58,589 bases of DNA from a virus (lineage: Duplodnaviria; Caudoviricetes). Location of the stretch: the IMG/VR virus record IMGVR_UViG_3300005326_000010, positions 1-58,589 of that record, one strand, 5' to 3'. Below, in pieces: positions 1 to 8,228 of the stretch. The number at the start of each line of letters is the position of its first letter. Within the stretch, counting starts at the first letter, position 1. The notes under the pieces were generated by a model. It ran no database searches. It had not been told where the DNA came from and saw nothing but the letters and a program-made list of their open reading frames with translations. Made by a program: the position numbers and the translations under genes.

Positions 1-123
1 GGCGACCTCTTCATCAAACGCGGCACTAAAAACATCGTCCATCAATACGTCAGTTATTTCCTCGGTACCCGGCATTATACCCTCCTTGGATATTGTAGAC
101 CACCCTACACTATTTATTCAACT
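1..123. repeat. Terminal direct repeat copy 1 (identical to 58467-58589); circular assembly overlap
   Basis: ggcgacctcttcatc...tatttattcaact occurs verbatim at both ends and begins inside the scaffold gene. Confidence 0.95.
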
Positions 124-130
124 ATGTCAA
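102..130 (-). promoter_or_regulatory. Sigma70-like promoter for the scaffold/capsid genes
   Basis: TTGACA-N17-TAGGGT, followed by AAGGAGG RBS before the scaffold ATG. Confidence 0.55.
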
Positions 131-257
131 CCGTTTTATAGAGTAATATCAAATCTTTAAGTTCTTTACAGCGTCCGACATCCTCGCTGTCAAGTTCTTT
201 TTTCTCTTTGATTATCTCCCGACAGACTACCAGATACTCAAAAAGGAGGTCGCCCAC
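114..257 (-). CDS. Small protein between portal and scaffold (GTG start inferred; ORF is open to 434)
   Basis: GTG lies directly after the portal stop; such a small gene is common at this position in podovirus head modules. Confidence 0.5.
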   Translation of the reverse strand: MGDLLFEYLVVCREIIKEKKELDSEDVGRCKELKDLILLYKTVDIVE

Positions 258-258
258 A

Positions 259-2403
259 TCACTCCGTGGCAGCCTGTCCTTCAGGTTTCTTTCCAGTTCC
301 TGCTTTCGGGCCTTGATCTTTTCTTGCGTTGAGAAGTAATTGGAGCGACTGAAGAGCTGCGTCATCTTTGGTCCCCTTTGCTTTTGCGAGGTTCTGCGCG
401 ATCCGCGACAGCGCCTCTTGGACTTTAGTTTCAACGGTGGTTTCTATCTCTTTCGCCTGAGCTGCGTCCTTCGCCGCCCGCGCCTGGAGGCTCTGGGTCT
501 TGGCCTGCTCGCCTTCCATCTGCATCTGCTGCGCCTGTGACTGCTGCTGGTCGAACTGCTGGAGAGCCTGCTCGGCTTCGTCCTTATCCTTTAACCGGTC
601 AAGCGGAAGATCCCGCGCCTTGAATCGATCCTCCAAGAGACCGCGCTCGTCGATCAGCACGAGTTGTCTTGGGGTGAGCGTCGAGACAAGCTGATCGAGA
701 GCCGCGCCGCGCAACTCCTTTGCCACCAGGGAGAGGACACCCTTCGGCTGAACTTGGAAATCGCCTTTGATGTCTTCCTTCTTGTTGAACTCCATGTTCC
801 ACGCGACGAGCGAGCCGATCATTGACTTTACGAAGCGGTCGAAAGCACGGGCGTCGTCCTTTGTCACCATGTCTCCGGCCCCGGCCATCTGGCTGAAATT
901 CGATGAAGTACGGAAGGCTTCACCCAAGGGCTTTGCGTCACCCATGCGCCAGGCAGGGAGGTTGCTCTCACGGTCGAAGACCTCGACGACCGAGTTTCGC
1001 AGGGCGAGGAGGTGTTGAGTATGGTTCGGGATGTCGTAAACCCGCACCGCCGGGTAGTTTGCTTCGTTGCCGTCGCCTTCACGGAGTATGGTCATCCCGC
1101 CGTGGATCGCGGTGCGGTCTTGTCCGGCGGCGAGGAGTTCGACATTCAGCTCTTTAATAGAGGACGCGCTCTCAGCCATGTTGTCCATCAGGGCGCGGTC
1201 GATGGCGCAGAGTTTCAATTGTGAATCTCTCAGAGTCTCAACCTTGGCGGTGCCGGTCAGGGCGCTATCTTCATCGTCCTCGGGGATGAATACGTGATAC
1301 ATATCGGCGACCGTCTCGCCGAACGGGGCAGTGTCGGCCTTAATGATCAGTCCGTCGAGCATCCAGACATCGGCGAGGATTTCCTTGTCGAGTGCCTTTT
1401 CAGGAATATTGACTCCAAGCTCCGAGAGTACCCGCGCCGAAACGAAGCCGTACCAGCGCAGCACCTCGTACTGGCGGCTCATCTTCGGTTTGTTCTGGTC
1501 GGTATGCTTGATCTGGTCGAGTTCGGCTTCGTAAGACTTGGCCTTATAGTTTCCGTCAGGGGTGTCTCTCAGATAGTCCTTGATCACATCGCCGAAGAAA
1601 TCCTCCTGGTCGGCGAACTTCCGCAACTGGCTACGAGGGAAAACCTTGCGGGTAAAAATCCCTTCCTGGTCTTCCCAAGTCATCGCCGAGAGGTCAGGGT
1701 AGACATCCCACGCTTTTAAGGTGACGTAGCGTGGCTTCCGAATTTTCTCGGTCTGCGCCTCATAACGACCGGTTTCCGGATTCAGTACCCACTCCCGTTC
1801 GACCTGGGTCTTGACGTTCGGACCTTCGACGACGCCGAAGCCATAGATCCCGCCGCGACGAATGGTCTTCTTGCAGAGTTCCGGATAATCGATACCCTTG
1901 TCGGAAAGCTGATCCTTACACTCCAGCTCCATGCGGTAGGCGCGTTGCTTGGCGAAGTCCTTCACCGCCTTCTCGATCTGCTCGGAGGTCGGCGGCTCGG
2001 GTTCTGGTGGTAGCGCGTTGGGGTCTTCCTGCAGAGCGGCCTGGTACTGCTGCTGGGCGATTAGCATCTGCTGCTGTTCAAGCGTGGCAATGATGCTCTC
2101 AAGGTCGCTCATGGCGATGTTCGGGAACGGGGTCGGCTCGACCGCGAAGTTCAGTTCCTGCGCCGGAAAGAGCATCTCCATCATCTTCGCCACCCAGCCG
2201 GTCAGCTTGGTGTGGGTATCCTTCGGGTAGACTCGGGACTTTCCTTCCGGGATCTTTACCTCGGGGTCGTAGATCGCCTTATATTGCCGGAGGTTTTTCA
2301 GCCACTGAATTTCCAGTTGCCGGCGCTCGCCTTCATAGGTATCGAAGCGGCCTTTCAGGAGGTTTCCGAGCGTTTCGTGTGCGTCTTTGTTGAGGATGAT
2401 CAT
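259..2403 (-). CDS. Portal protein
   Basis: 714 aa, between TerL and scaffold/MCP; Q-rich coiled-coil C-terminus typical of P22-like portals; GGAGG RBS. Confidence 0.85.
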   Translation of the reverse strand: MIILNKDAHETLGNLLKGRFDTYEGERRQLEIQWLKNLRQYKAIYDPEVKIPEGKSRVYPKDTHTKLTGWVAKMMEMLFPAQELNFAVEPTPFPNIAMSDLESIIATLEQQQMLIAQQQYQAALQEDPNALPPEPEPPTSEQIEKAVKDFAKQRAYRMELECKDQLSDKGIDYPELCKKTIRRGGIYGFGVVEGPNVKTQVEREWVLNPETGRYEAQTEKIRKPRYVTLKAWDVYPDLSAMTWEDQEGIFTRKVFPRSQLRKFADQEDFFGDVIKDYLRDTPDGNYKAKSYEAELDQIKHTDQNKPKMSRQYEVLRWYGFVSARVLSELGVNIPEKALDKEILADVWMLDGLIIKADTAPFGETVADMYHVFIPEDDEDSALTGTAKVETLRDSQLKLCAIDRALMDNMAESASSIKELNVELLAAGQDRTAIHGGMTILREGDGNEANYPAVRVYDIPNHTQHLLALRNSVVEVFDRESNLPAWRMGDAKPLGEAFRTSSNFSQMAGAGDMVTKDDARAFDRFVKSMIGSLVAWNMEFNKKEDIKGDFQVQPKGVLSLVAKELRGAALDQLVSTLTPRQLVLIDERGLLEDRFKARDLPLDRLKDKDEAEQALQQFDQQQSQAQQMQMEGEQAKTQSLQARAAKDAAQAKEIETTVETKVQEALSRIAQNLAKAKGTKDDAALQSLQLLLNARKDQGPKAGTGKKPEGQAATE

Positions 2404-2411
2404 GATGCCTC

Positions 2412-2804
2412 CTAGTCTAAGGGCTCGATCAAGAATGTGTATAATAGTTCGCCGGTTTCTTTCACGTTGATATCTTGAAACTTCTTATTAGGGTTGGGGT
2501 CATGCACGACCAGACCTGATTGGTCTATAAGTACTGCGTGCGTAGTGCCGTCGTCGTAAGTACGGCTCTTCACCGAAGCGTAGGTTATGCCTTTGTGCGT
2601 AGCTAAAATTGGTAGCTTACCATCCCTGCATCCGTTGTATGTGTATCCTAAACCTCTTAAATAATTATAGAAAACAGGAAACCAATCAGCGAATAGGATG
2701 AAATGAGGCACCTGCTCGATTCGCAGTTCAAACAAACTAGCTATCGCTGCCCGCATACAATCGCCTTCGTTTTTACATACAATCGTCTGATCTACAGGTA
2801 TCAT
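2412..2804 (-). CDS. Hypothetical protein, possible papain/C39-like cysteine peptidase
   Basis: GDCMRA...THAVL...HDPNP gives Cys-His-Asp in papain-fold order. Confidence 0.55.
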   Translation of the reverse strand: MIPVDQTIVCKNEGDCMRAAIASLFELRIEQVPHFILFADWFPVFYNYLRGLGYTYNGCRDGKLPILATHKGITYASVKSRTYDDGTTHAVLIDQSGLVVHDPNPNKKFQDINVKETGELLYTFLIEPLD

Positions 2805-2817
2805 CTATTAACTCCTG

Positions 2818-4284
2818 TTAATATCCTGAATAGGCGTCAGCGGCCCTGCGGGTCGTGGTGGTATTGGTGAATCTATCGAAGGTGGTTCGGACGTACTCCG
2901 AAGCGTTATAGTGCTTGCCGAGAATGAACATAGTTCCATACTGGTCGGCTTCGCAAACGTGGCTCCATTTATTCTTTTCAGGCTTGTCCTGGAACTTGCC
3001 ATCGTCAGTCTTGATTCGGACATAACGGTATTTACTCCGCAGCCCCTCTACCAGAAGGGTACAAGAAGCGTCATATTCGATTCCCGGCTCGCCGTCGGGC
3101 CACATATTCCGGAACGGGTCGTCGAGGGCATTGATTCTTGCAATCGGGTCGTTGGTGTCTGCGCTCTTGACCACATTACCCGAACCTGGCATGTCGGTTA
3201 CAAACTGTTTTTTCAGTTCCTTGTACCAAGAATTGTCGTCGGTGTTGTCTCTGGTCTTCCATGAGGGGTCGCCGATAAAAATCAGCGGATTGGATGAGAA
3301 GCAGTTCTTGATCAACGGCTTCAGTTTTGTCGCGATGAAGGTCTTGGCGCCCATGTCGAAACCGCAGGCTTCCTTGAATTTGCGAAGCTTTCCGTCGTAG
3401 CCGAGCTGCATGAAGACCATAGCTGGCTGGCGAGCTGTATCGACACCAATTACGACCGGGAGGATCGGGTCCCATTTGAGGTTGTGTTTCACTCGTCGAT
3501 CGTATTGAAACGAGATTTCGTAGACAGGTTTTCCTGACATGCTTTTTGAGTACCTTCCGTGGACATAGACGTCTACCCAATCTTTCTTCTTCCCTCTGGC
3601 AAGTTTCTCGTAATACCCTTCACGAAGATGGTTCTTGTTCTCTGCCTCTAGTGAAAGCCCTGAAGGCTGCTTGAAGCACTCCATCGGGAAGATACTTTCA
3701 GGGTCGTTTTCGTCTTGTGGCAGACCCTCAAAAACCTTATACCAATCCGAATCGATCTCTGGAGGGTTCGTCGAATAGATAGTACCGTGGCGGTAAGTGA
3801 ATCCGGTTCCCTGAGAGGGGAAACGCCCTGCTCTCGCTTCGAGGTCGGGGAGCAACGCAACCGGCACCTCTCGGCATTCATCAGTCCAGATCCACGTCAC
3901 CTCGCTGCCGAGAACCCTTTGAATATCTTCCGGAGAGTCCAGCGACCGGAACAACCATTCGGCGTGGACATCGTTGAACCGGAATATAGCCTTCATTTCA
4001 GATTCTTTCCAGTGATATATTTCGACAGGTAAAAAACTTACCACCGAGGCCAGAGTTATGTCCTTGAGCTGCTGTTTTGTATTGCGCACAACAAGTACTC
4101 GGCTACGACGGATGCCGTCTTCGCCGGGGGGCATCATGATATTCTGTCGGAGAAGTTCCACGATGCAGGCGGTGGACTTACCTGATCCATAGGGTCCAAC
4201 GATCCCTCGGGAGTCCGCCATGGACACCATGAAGGCGCGAGCGACCGGTCCTGGGGGTGTGAAGTTCAGTCCTTTACTTGCCAC
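2818..4284 (-). CDS. terL: Terminase large subunit
   Basis: Walker A GPYGSGKS, Walker B WIWTDE, STNPP coupling motif, RNase H-like nuclease motifs IGVD...GDPS...SHVCEA. Confidence 0.93.
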   Translation of the reverse strand: MASKGLNFTPPGPVARAFMVSMADSRGIVGPYGSGKSTACIVELLRQNIMMPPGEDGIRRSRVLVVRNTKQQLKDITLASVVSFLPVEIYHWKESEMKAIFRFNDVHAEWLFRSLDSPEDIQRVLGSEVTWIWTDECREVPVALLPDLEARAGRFPSQGTGFTYRHGTIYSTNPPEIDSDWYKVFEGLPQDENDPESIFPMECFKQPSGLSLEAENKNHLREGYYEKLARGKKKDWVDVYVHGRYSKSMSGKPVYEISFQYDRRVKHNLKWDPILPVVIGVDTARQPAMVFMQLGYDGKLRKFKEACGFDMGAKTFIATKLKPLIKNCFSSNPLIFIGDPSWKTRDNTDDNSWYKELKKQFVTDMPGSGNVVKSADTNDPIARINALDDPFRNMWPDGEPGIEYDASCTLLVEGLRSKYRYVRIKTDDGKFQDKPEKNKWSHVCEADQYGTMFILGKHYNASEYVRTTFDRFTNTTTTRRAADAYSGY

Positions 4285-4399
4285 GCTTCACTCCTACATG
4301 CTCCGCATGGATCTCCGCCGCCTGAGCGCCTGGGCAATCATCACAGTCCGAACACGGCTCTGTCACCTGCTCTCTTCGTTTCTTGCACCAGAAGCTCAT
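4274..4399 (-). CDS. Small Cys-rich hypothetical protein (41 aa)
   Basis: Hand-translated MSFWCKK...CSDCDDC; overlaps both neighbours as expected for translational coupling. Confidence 0.4.
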   Translation of the reverse strand: MSFWCKKRREQVTEPCSDCDDCPGAQAAEIHAEHVGVKRGK

Positions 4400-5253
4400 A
4401 CGACCACACGCTCCAGGTCAACGACCTGACCGCCTTGGACGTGCATCTCCAGCCAGCCCATCTCGGTCGGCCCGTACATCGCGATTTCTGAGTAGTCAGC
4501 GATCTGCATACCGGTCGGGGTGACTGACTTCCGGAGCGACCCGGCGTTTCCATACCAGCGGGAGTCAGGCGGGATATAGGGATCGTTCTGCGGACTCATG
4601 ACGTTATAGTGCTGTTTCACATGTCTCCCGTCGTCAGTTAAATAGAGTTGCTGCGTGGTCGTCGGTTTGACGACGATCAGTTGATGCGTGTGGCCCATGA
4701 CCTGCGCAATGCAGTCCGCGTGGCCGGTCGCTTCGAGTTTCCGTCGCAAAGCGGCTTTCCGGTTCGCCTCTCGCTGGATCGGGTCTTTCGCCCCTTTCGG
4801 GAGCGAGCCGTAGCCGTGGTGGCAGTAGAGCTTGTGTCGGATATTGCCCTGCTTGTCCGTCGCGCAGACCTTATAATGCACCGAGCCGAAGGGTACTTTC
4901 AGCTTCTCGGCGATGTGTTTGCCGATATTGCCATAGTTGATCAGCGCTGCTTCGTGGTTGCCGTAACCGATGGCGACGATCTTTTTTGCTACCGGTCGAA
5001 GCCTCTCGACGAACTCGTCCGCCTGCTCGAGCGGTTTGAGTATGGATAGTGTTTCACCGGAAAAGTGGTTGGAATGGGGCATCTTCGCCTCGATATTGTC
5101 TCCCAGGTTTGACAGAAAATAATTCTTCCGACGCTGCAGGCGCCTGATCTGCTCGGCGAAGCCGTCAGCATAATGGTTGAAAGCGCCCATGTGGACGCAG
5201 CTTGAAATAATCATGGTGTAATCTTGAGGCATTTCCCGGTAGATCAGCTCCAT
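4396..5253 (-). CDS. Calcineurin-like metallophosphoesterase
   Basis: Motifs SCVH, GDNIE, GNHE, HHG, GHTH. Confidence 0.8.
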   Translation of the reverse strand: MELIYREMPQDYTMIISSCVHMGAFNHYADGFAEQIRRLQRRKNYFLSNLGDNIEAKMPHSNHFSGETLSILKPLEQADEFVERLRPVAKKIVAIGYGNHEAALINYGNIGKHIAEKLKVPFGSVHYKVCATDKQGNIRHKLYCHHGYGSLPKGAKDPIQREANRKAALRRKLEATGHADCIAQVMGHTHQLIVVKPTTTQQLYLTDDGRHVKQHYNVMSPQNDPYIPPDSRWYGNAGSLRKSVTPTGMQIADYSEIAMYGPTEMGWLEMHVQGGQVVDLERVVV

Positions 5254-5262
5254 GCTTTCTCC

Positions 5263-5526
5263 TTACCAGCGGTTTACGAACACGTTCTGCCTGCAGTTCA
5301 TACAGCGGACATGCCCCGTGTCTAACTCGGTCAGTAATCTGGCGCACGACAGACAGCGGCTCTCTTCCTTCAACTGTTTGCGGTACCTGGGAACGTATTT
5401 CTGGACAGCGACCGTGTTGCCTTGTAAGTGCTTCGCGCACTTGGTTCTCCCGGGTACCACATCTTTTCCGCAGTCGGTACAGAGAAGCGCCGCTCTCCGT
5501 TCACGTTTCTTCGCGGTATCGACCAC
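5263..5526 (-). CDS. Zinc-finger hypothetical protein (GTG start inferred)
   Basis: CTDC, CAKH, CLSC, CMNC pairs. Confidence 0.55.
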   Translation of the reverse strand: MVDTAKKRERRAALLCTDCGKDVVPGRTKCAKHLQGNTVAVQKYVPRYRKQLKEESRCLSCARLLTELDTGHVRCMNCRQNVFVNRW

Positions 5527-5780
5527 TACGGTACCGCCGACACCGGCACAGTATTTCCGTCCGCCTGAACGCTCGGCGAGGTGGTAATGGTCTTGCTGGC
5601 GTCTACTGTGATATTCCCCACTGTGGAGTTCGGCGGGATGTTGATATTCGTTGTCGTGCATCCTATGAGTAAGCTGGCACCAAGAATGACCAGGCAGCCG
5701 AGCGCGACTCCTGTTAGAAGCCCCTTAACACACTCCCAGAGCATCTGCCGCTCAAACTCACTCAATAACGGGCTTCTCAT
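5526..5780 (-). CDS. Lipoprotein in lysis cassette (spanin-like candidate)
   Basis: Hydrophobic segment ending in lipobox LLIGC; follows the holin. Confidence 0.55.
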   Translation of the reverse strand: MRSPLLSEFERQMLWECVKGLLTGVALGCLVILGASLLIGCTTTNINIPPNSTVGNITVDASKTITTSPSVQADGNTVPVSAVP

Positions 5781-5967
5781 CTTTTTTCTCCTTTCGCATA
5801 CCCCAAGCGAAACCGGCGGCGCCGCCCGAGATGAAGGAAATGATCGCCGCGAGGCAAATCTGGAAGAGGTCGCGGTTTTCGGTCGGAACGATGACGAACA
5901 TCAGGGAGAAGGTCACTCCCAGAAGTCCGGCGACGAGGACAATTTGTGCTAAGTTTTCGGCTTTCAT
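5758..5967 (-). CDS. Putative holin (2 TM)
   Basis: 69 aa, two hydrophobic helices, charged tail RKEKKDEK, near the endolysin. Confidence 0.65.
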   Translation of the reverse strand: MKAENLAQIVLVAGLLGVTFSLMFVIVPTENRDLFQICLAAIISFISGGAAGFAWGMRKEKKDEKPVIE

Positions 5968-6440
5968 ATCTCAGCGAGCCTCCTTTTTACAGGTTCTTCT
6001 TCTACCGCAAGCTGGTGGAGCTTTCTCGGCGAGACCGCTGCGGCGGAATAGCCCCGGAACCAGCCGACTGTCTGCAGCGCGGCGCAACAGACCTCCGAAC
6101 AGAACCACTTCTCCGCACTCTGCCAGCCGATCGGGATCGGTAGGAACGAGAAAACCACTCCTCGGGTGTCGTAATCACAACCGACCTCACCCTCGCACCA
6201 TTTGCGCACCCTCGCCTCTTCTTCAGCACTGATCGGAAGTTCAATAAAGTCATACATGGAATAGCGTTCGCCGGTAGGCGGACCCTTGACGAATTGAGTG
6301 CCGTCTTTGAACTCCCGCGCAGAGAACCACATGTTATCCGAGAATACCAGTTCAGCGTGGCAGTATTTGGAAAACGTGTAACCCTTGATGAGTTTCCCGA
6401 AAAAGCTGGTCGCTTCTTTTTTGAAGGCTAAGTACATCAT
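5964..6440 (-). CDS. Permuted papain-like amidase (YaeF/YiiX-like NlpC/P60)
   Basis: His motif YCHAELV precedes YD and Cys motif WFCSE. Confidence 0.75.
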   Translation of the reverse strand: MMYLAFKKEATSFFGKLIKGYTFSKYCHAELVFSDNMWFSAREFKDGTQFVKGPPTGERYSMYDFIELPISAEEEARVRKWCEGEVGCDYDTRGVVFSFLPIPIGWQSAEKWFCSEVCCAALQTVGWFRGYSAAAVSPRKLHQLAVEEEPVKRRLAEI

Positions 6441-6443
6441 GTG

Positions 6444-6869
6444 TCACCCCTCGTAAGGAACGCCATTCTCAAGCTCGTAGCATATCCGCTTTGCCCGTTT
6501 ACCTACCTGTTGATACCACAAACTATCTCTAGCCTCTTCTGCGACCTTAGTCCAATTGTCGGCACGAATAGCGGCAAGCATTTTCTTGAACTTCTGAACG
6601 CCGCCCTTGCCGAGATTGAACAGCATGTTGACAAGAGCCTGCTGGCGAACTTCGTTGATTTCCAGATCGTGAAACATTGACCAAAATTCAGCTATCGACT
6701 GATCAACACGCCGAGAGAGAAGTTGAGCCGCGTCCGGCTCGCTAATCATAGAGCCTTTGCTGGGAGCTTTACAACCGTAGCCGTATGTCCATTGCTCGCG
6801 ATCCCAATAAGCTTTAGCAGCGAACCCTTCATCCTTCTTGAGCCGTTCAATAATAGCCTGTTTATCCAC
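6444..6869 (-). CDS. Endolysin, GH24 T4-lysozyme-like
   Basis: DEG..AYWD...WTYGYG catalytic region; LVNMLFNLG; DSLWYQQVGKRA. Confidence 0.9.
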   Translation of the reverse strand: MDKQAIIERLKKDEGFAAKAYWDREQWTYGYGCKAPSKGSMISEPDAAQLLSRRVDQSIAEFWSMFHDLEINEVRQQALVNMLFNLGKGGVQKFKKMLAAIRADNWTKVAEEARDSLWYQQVGKRAKRICYELENGVPYEG

Positions 6870-6977
6870 CTATATCCTCCCAATCCTCGCAATACATATT
6901 CTTGCTGGTCTGTGTATCGTCTTTCAAGCATCGTTGCCGGTACATCTGATACCATTTGCAGTTCGCGCAGCGTTCCA

Positions 6978-7175
6978 TTATTCCGCCCTCCATACCAGAG
7001 TTTCACGTTCCTTACTCTCTGCATCAGCAACCGCCAGCCGCTTCGCCTCTTTCGTGGTCGGCGCCTCGCCGTGACCGCAGGAGCCGTCAGAAAGCCTCAC
7101 CCATACGCGGATATTGTTTCCCCTTCGGGAGGTCTGGAAGTCAGTTATCATCGAACATCTCCGGGCTTGGCCCAT
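6978..7175 (-). CDS. Hypothetical protein
   Basis: Short ORF in co-oriented operon; GEAPTTKEAKRLA resembles a dsRBD-like helix. Confidence 0.4.
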   Translation of the reverse strand: MGQARRCSMITDFQTSRRGNNIRVWVRLSDGSCGHGEAPTTKEAKRLAVADAESKERETLVWRAE

Positions 7176-7235
7176 CTGCCGGGATTAGACAGTCGTTGCA
7201 CGTTTCGATAATCGGCTGGCCGTTCTTTTCGCATC

Positions 7236-7439
7236 TCAGTCTGTCGCACATTTGATTGACACCAATCCTTTCCTGTTCCCCTGTTCTGCTGCGTATGTTA
7301 AGAGGTGTGAAATTTCCACTGCCTTATCCTTCCACTCGTCACGCTCACCAATAACGTGCGCCAGTTCCTGTTTCAACTCCACCTTCTCTCGCTTCAGTTC
7401 CTTGTTTTCTCTCTCAGGTTCCCTGACTCTTGCAAACAT
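7236..7439 (-). CDS. Coiled-coil hypothetical protein
   Basis: Heptad-rich 67 aa ORF with AAGGA RBS. Confidence 0.55.
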   Translation of the reverse strand: MFARVREPERENKELKREKVELKQELAHVIGERDEWKDKAVEISHLLTYAAEQGNRKGLVSIKCATD

Positions 7440-7518
7440 GGGCTATCCTTTCCCAATTTGATACAGTCGGTTAGATTGTTGGCTGGACACTCACCAGTTG
7501 GGCTGTTGACGCATTTTC

Positions 7519-7767
7519 TCATCGAAATATATTCCTCGTCGGATGGTCGTCGTTCCGTTGTGCCACCAGTCGATCGATTATGCTTTCGGCAATGGACATA
7601 CGCTTTTCCAGGTTGACAACGTAGACAAAGAGCGGCAGGGAAAACACCGTAATACCTACCCCGATGACCCACATCAGCCCCGTCAGTTTCGTGTTGATCG
7701 AGGTAAGCAAAGTTTGGGAATCGTAGTGGTATTCACATACCTCGTTCGTCTGCTTTTCGTGGGCCAT
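7519..7767 (-). CDS. Single-TM membrane protein (holin/antiholin-like)
   Basis: TM segment LMWVIGVGITVFSLPLFVYVV; AAGGAG RBS. Confidence 0.55.
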   Translation of the reverse strand: MAHEKQTNEVCEYHYDSQTLLTSINTKLTGLMWVIGVGITVFSLPLFVYVVNLEKRMSIAESIIDRLVAQRNDDHPTRNIFR

Positions 7768-7805
7768 GTGGTGTTCTCCTTCACGGTGTCTGAGGGTCGT
7801 TGGAG

Positions 7806-8219
7806 TTATTGGATGGTTCCAGCTAAAACCGTTTCATAGATCGGGTTTCCTTCTTCGTCGAGAAGTTGGTTGCCTACATCGTCGATCACAGGTATCTTCT
7901 CCGTCGAGTCGCCCCAGTAGGTCAAGAATGGCGCTTCGGGCGGCCATGCCACTATTTTTAGTCCGTCATAGTTGTCAATCACTACCTCGCACACTCCAGC
8001 CGCATTCGGGATGCCGTTCACTGTTCCCAAATACCCCTCAATGGTGGAACTGTCGGGGTTACTGGCAAGTGGGCCGTGGATAAGATGCGGCGCGAAGTCG
8101 GGCGACAGGTTGACCATCTGCATGAACTGAGCACAGGCTTTCAGTGCATCGAGTTTGTCCTGCCATGTGTGGGAAGGATTAGCGGCAAGAGATTTAATTT
8201 GTATGGTGAGTTTGAGCAT
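7806..8219 (-). CDS. Hypothetical protein after the fibre-like gene (possible chaperone)
   Basis: AGGAGG RBS; C-terminal DDVGNQLLDEEGNP repeat. Confidence 0.6.
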   Translation of the reverse strand: MLKLTIQIKSLAANPSHTWQDKLDALKACAQFMQMVNLSPDFAPHLIHGPLASNPDSSTIEGYLGTVNGIPNAAGVCEVVIDNYDGLKIVAWPPEAPFLTYWGDSTEKIPVIDDVGNQLLDEEGNPIYETVLAGTIQ

Positions 8220-8228
8220 GGTGCCTCC

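Noticed and set aside
1-123. Terminal repeat as a biological DTR
   Set aside because: It starts mid-scaffold gene and is about assembler-overlap length; best explained as circular contig overlap.
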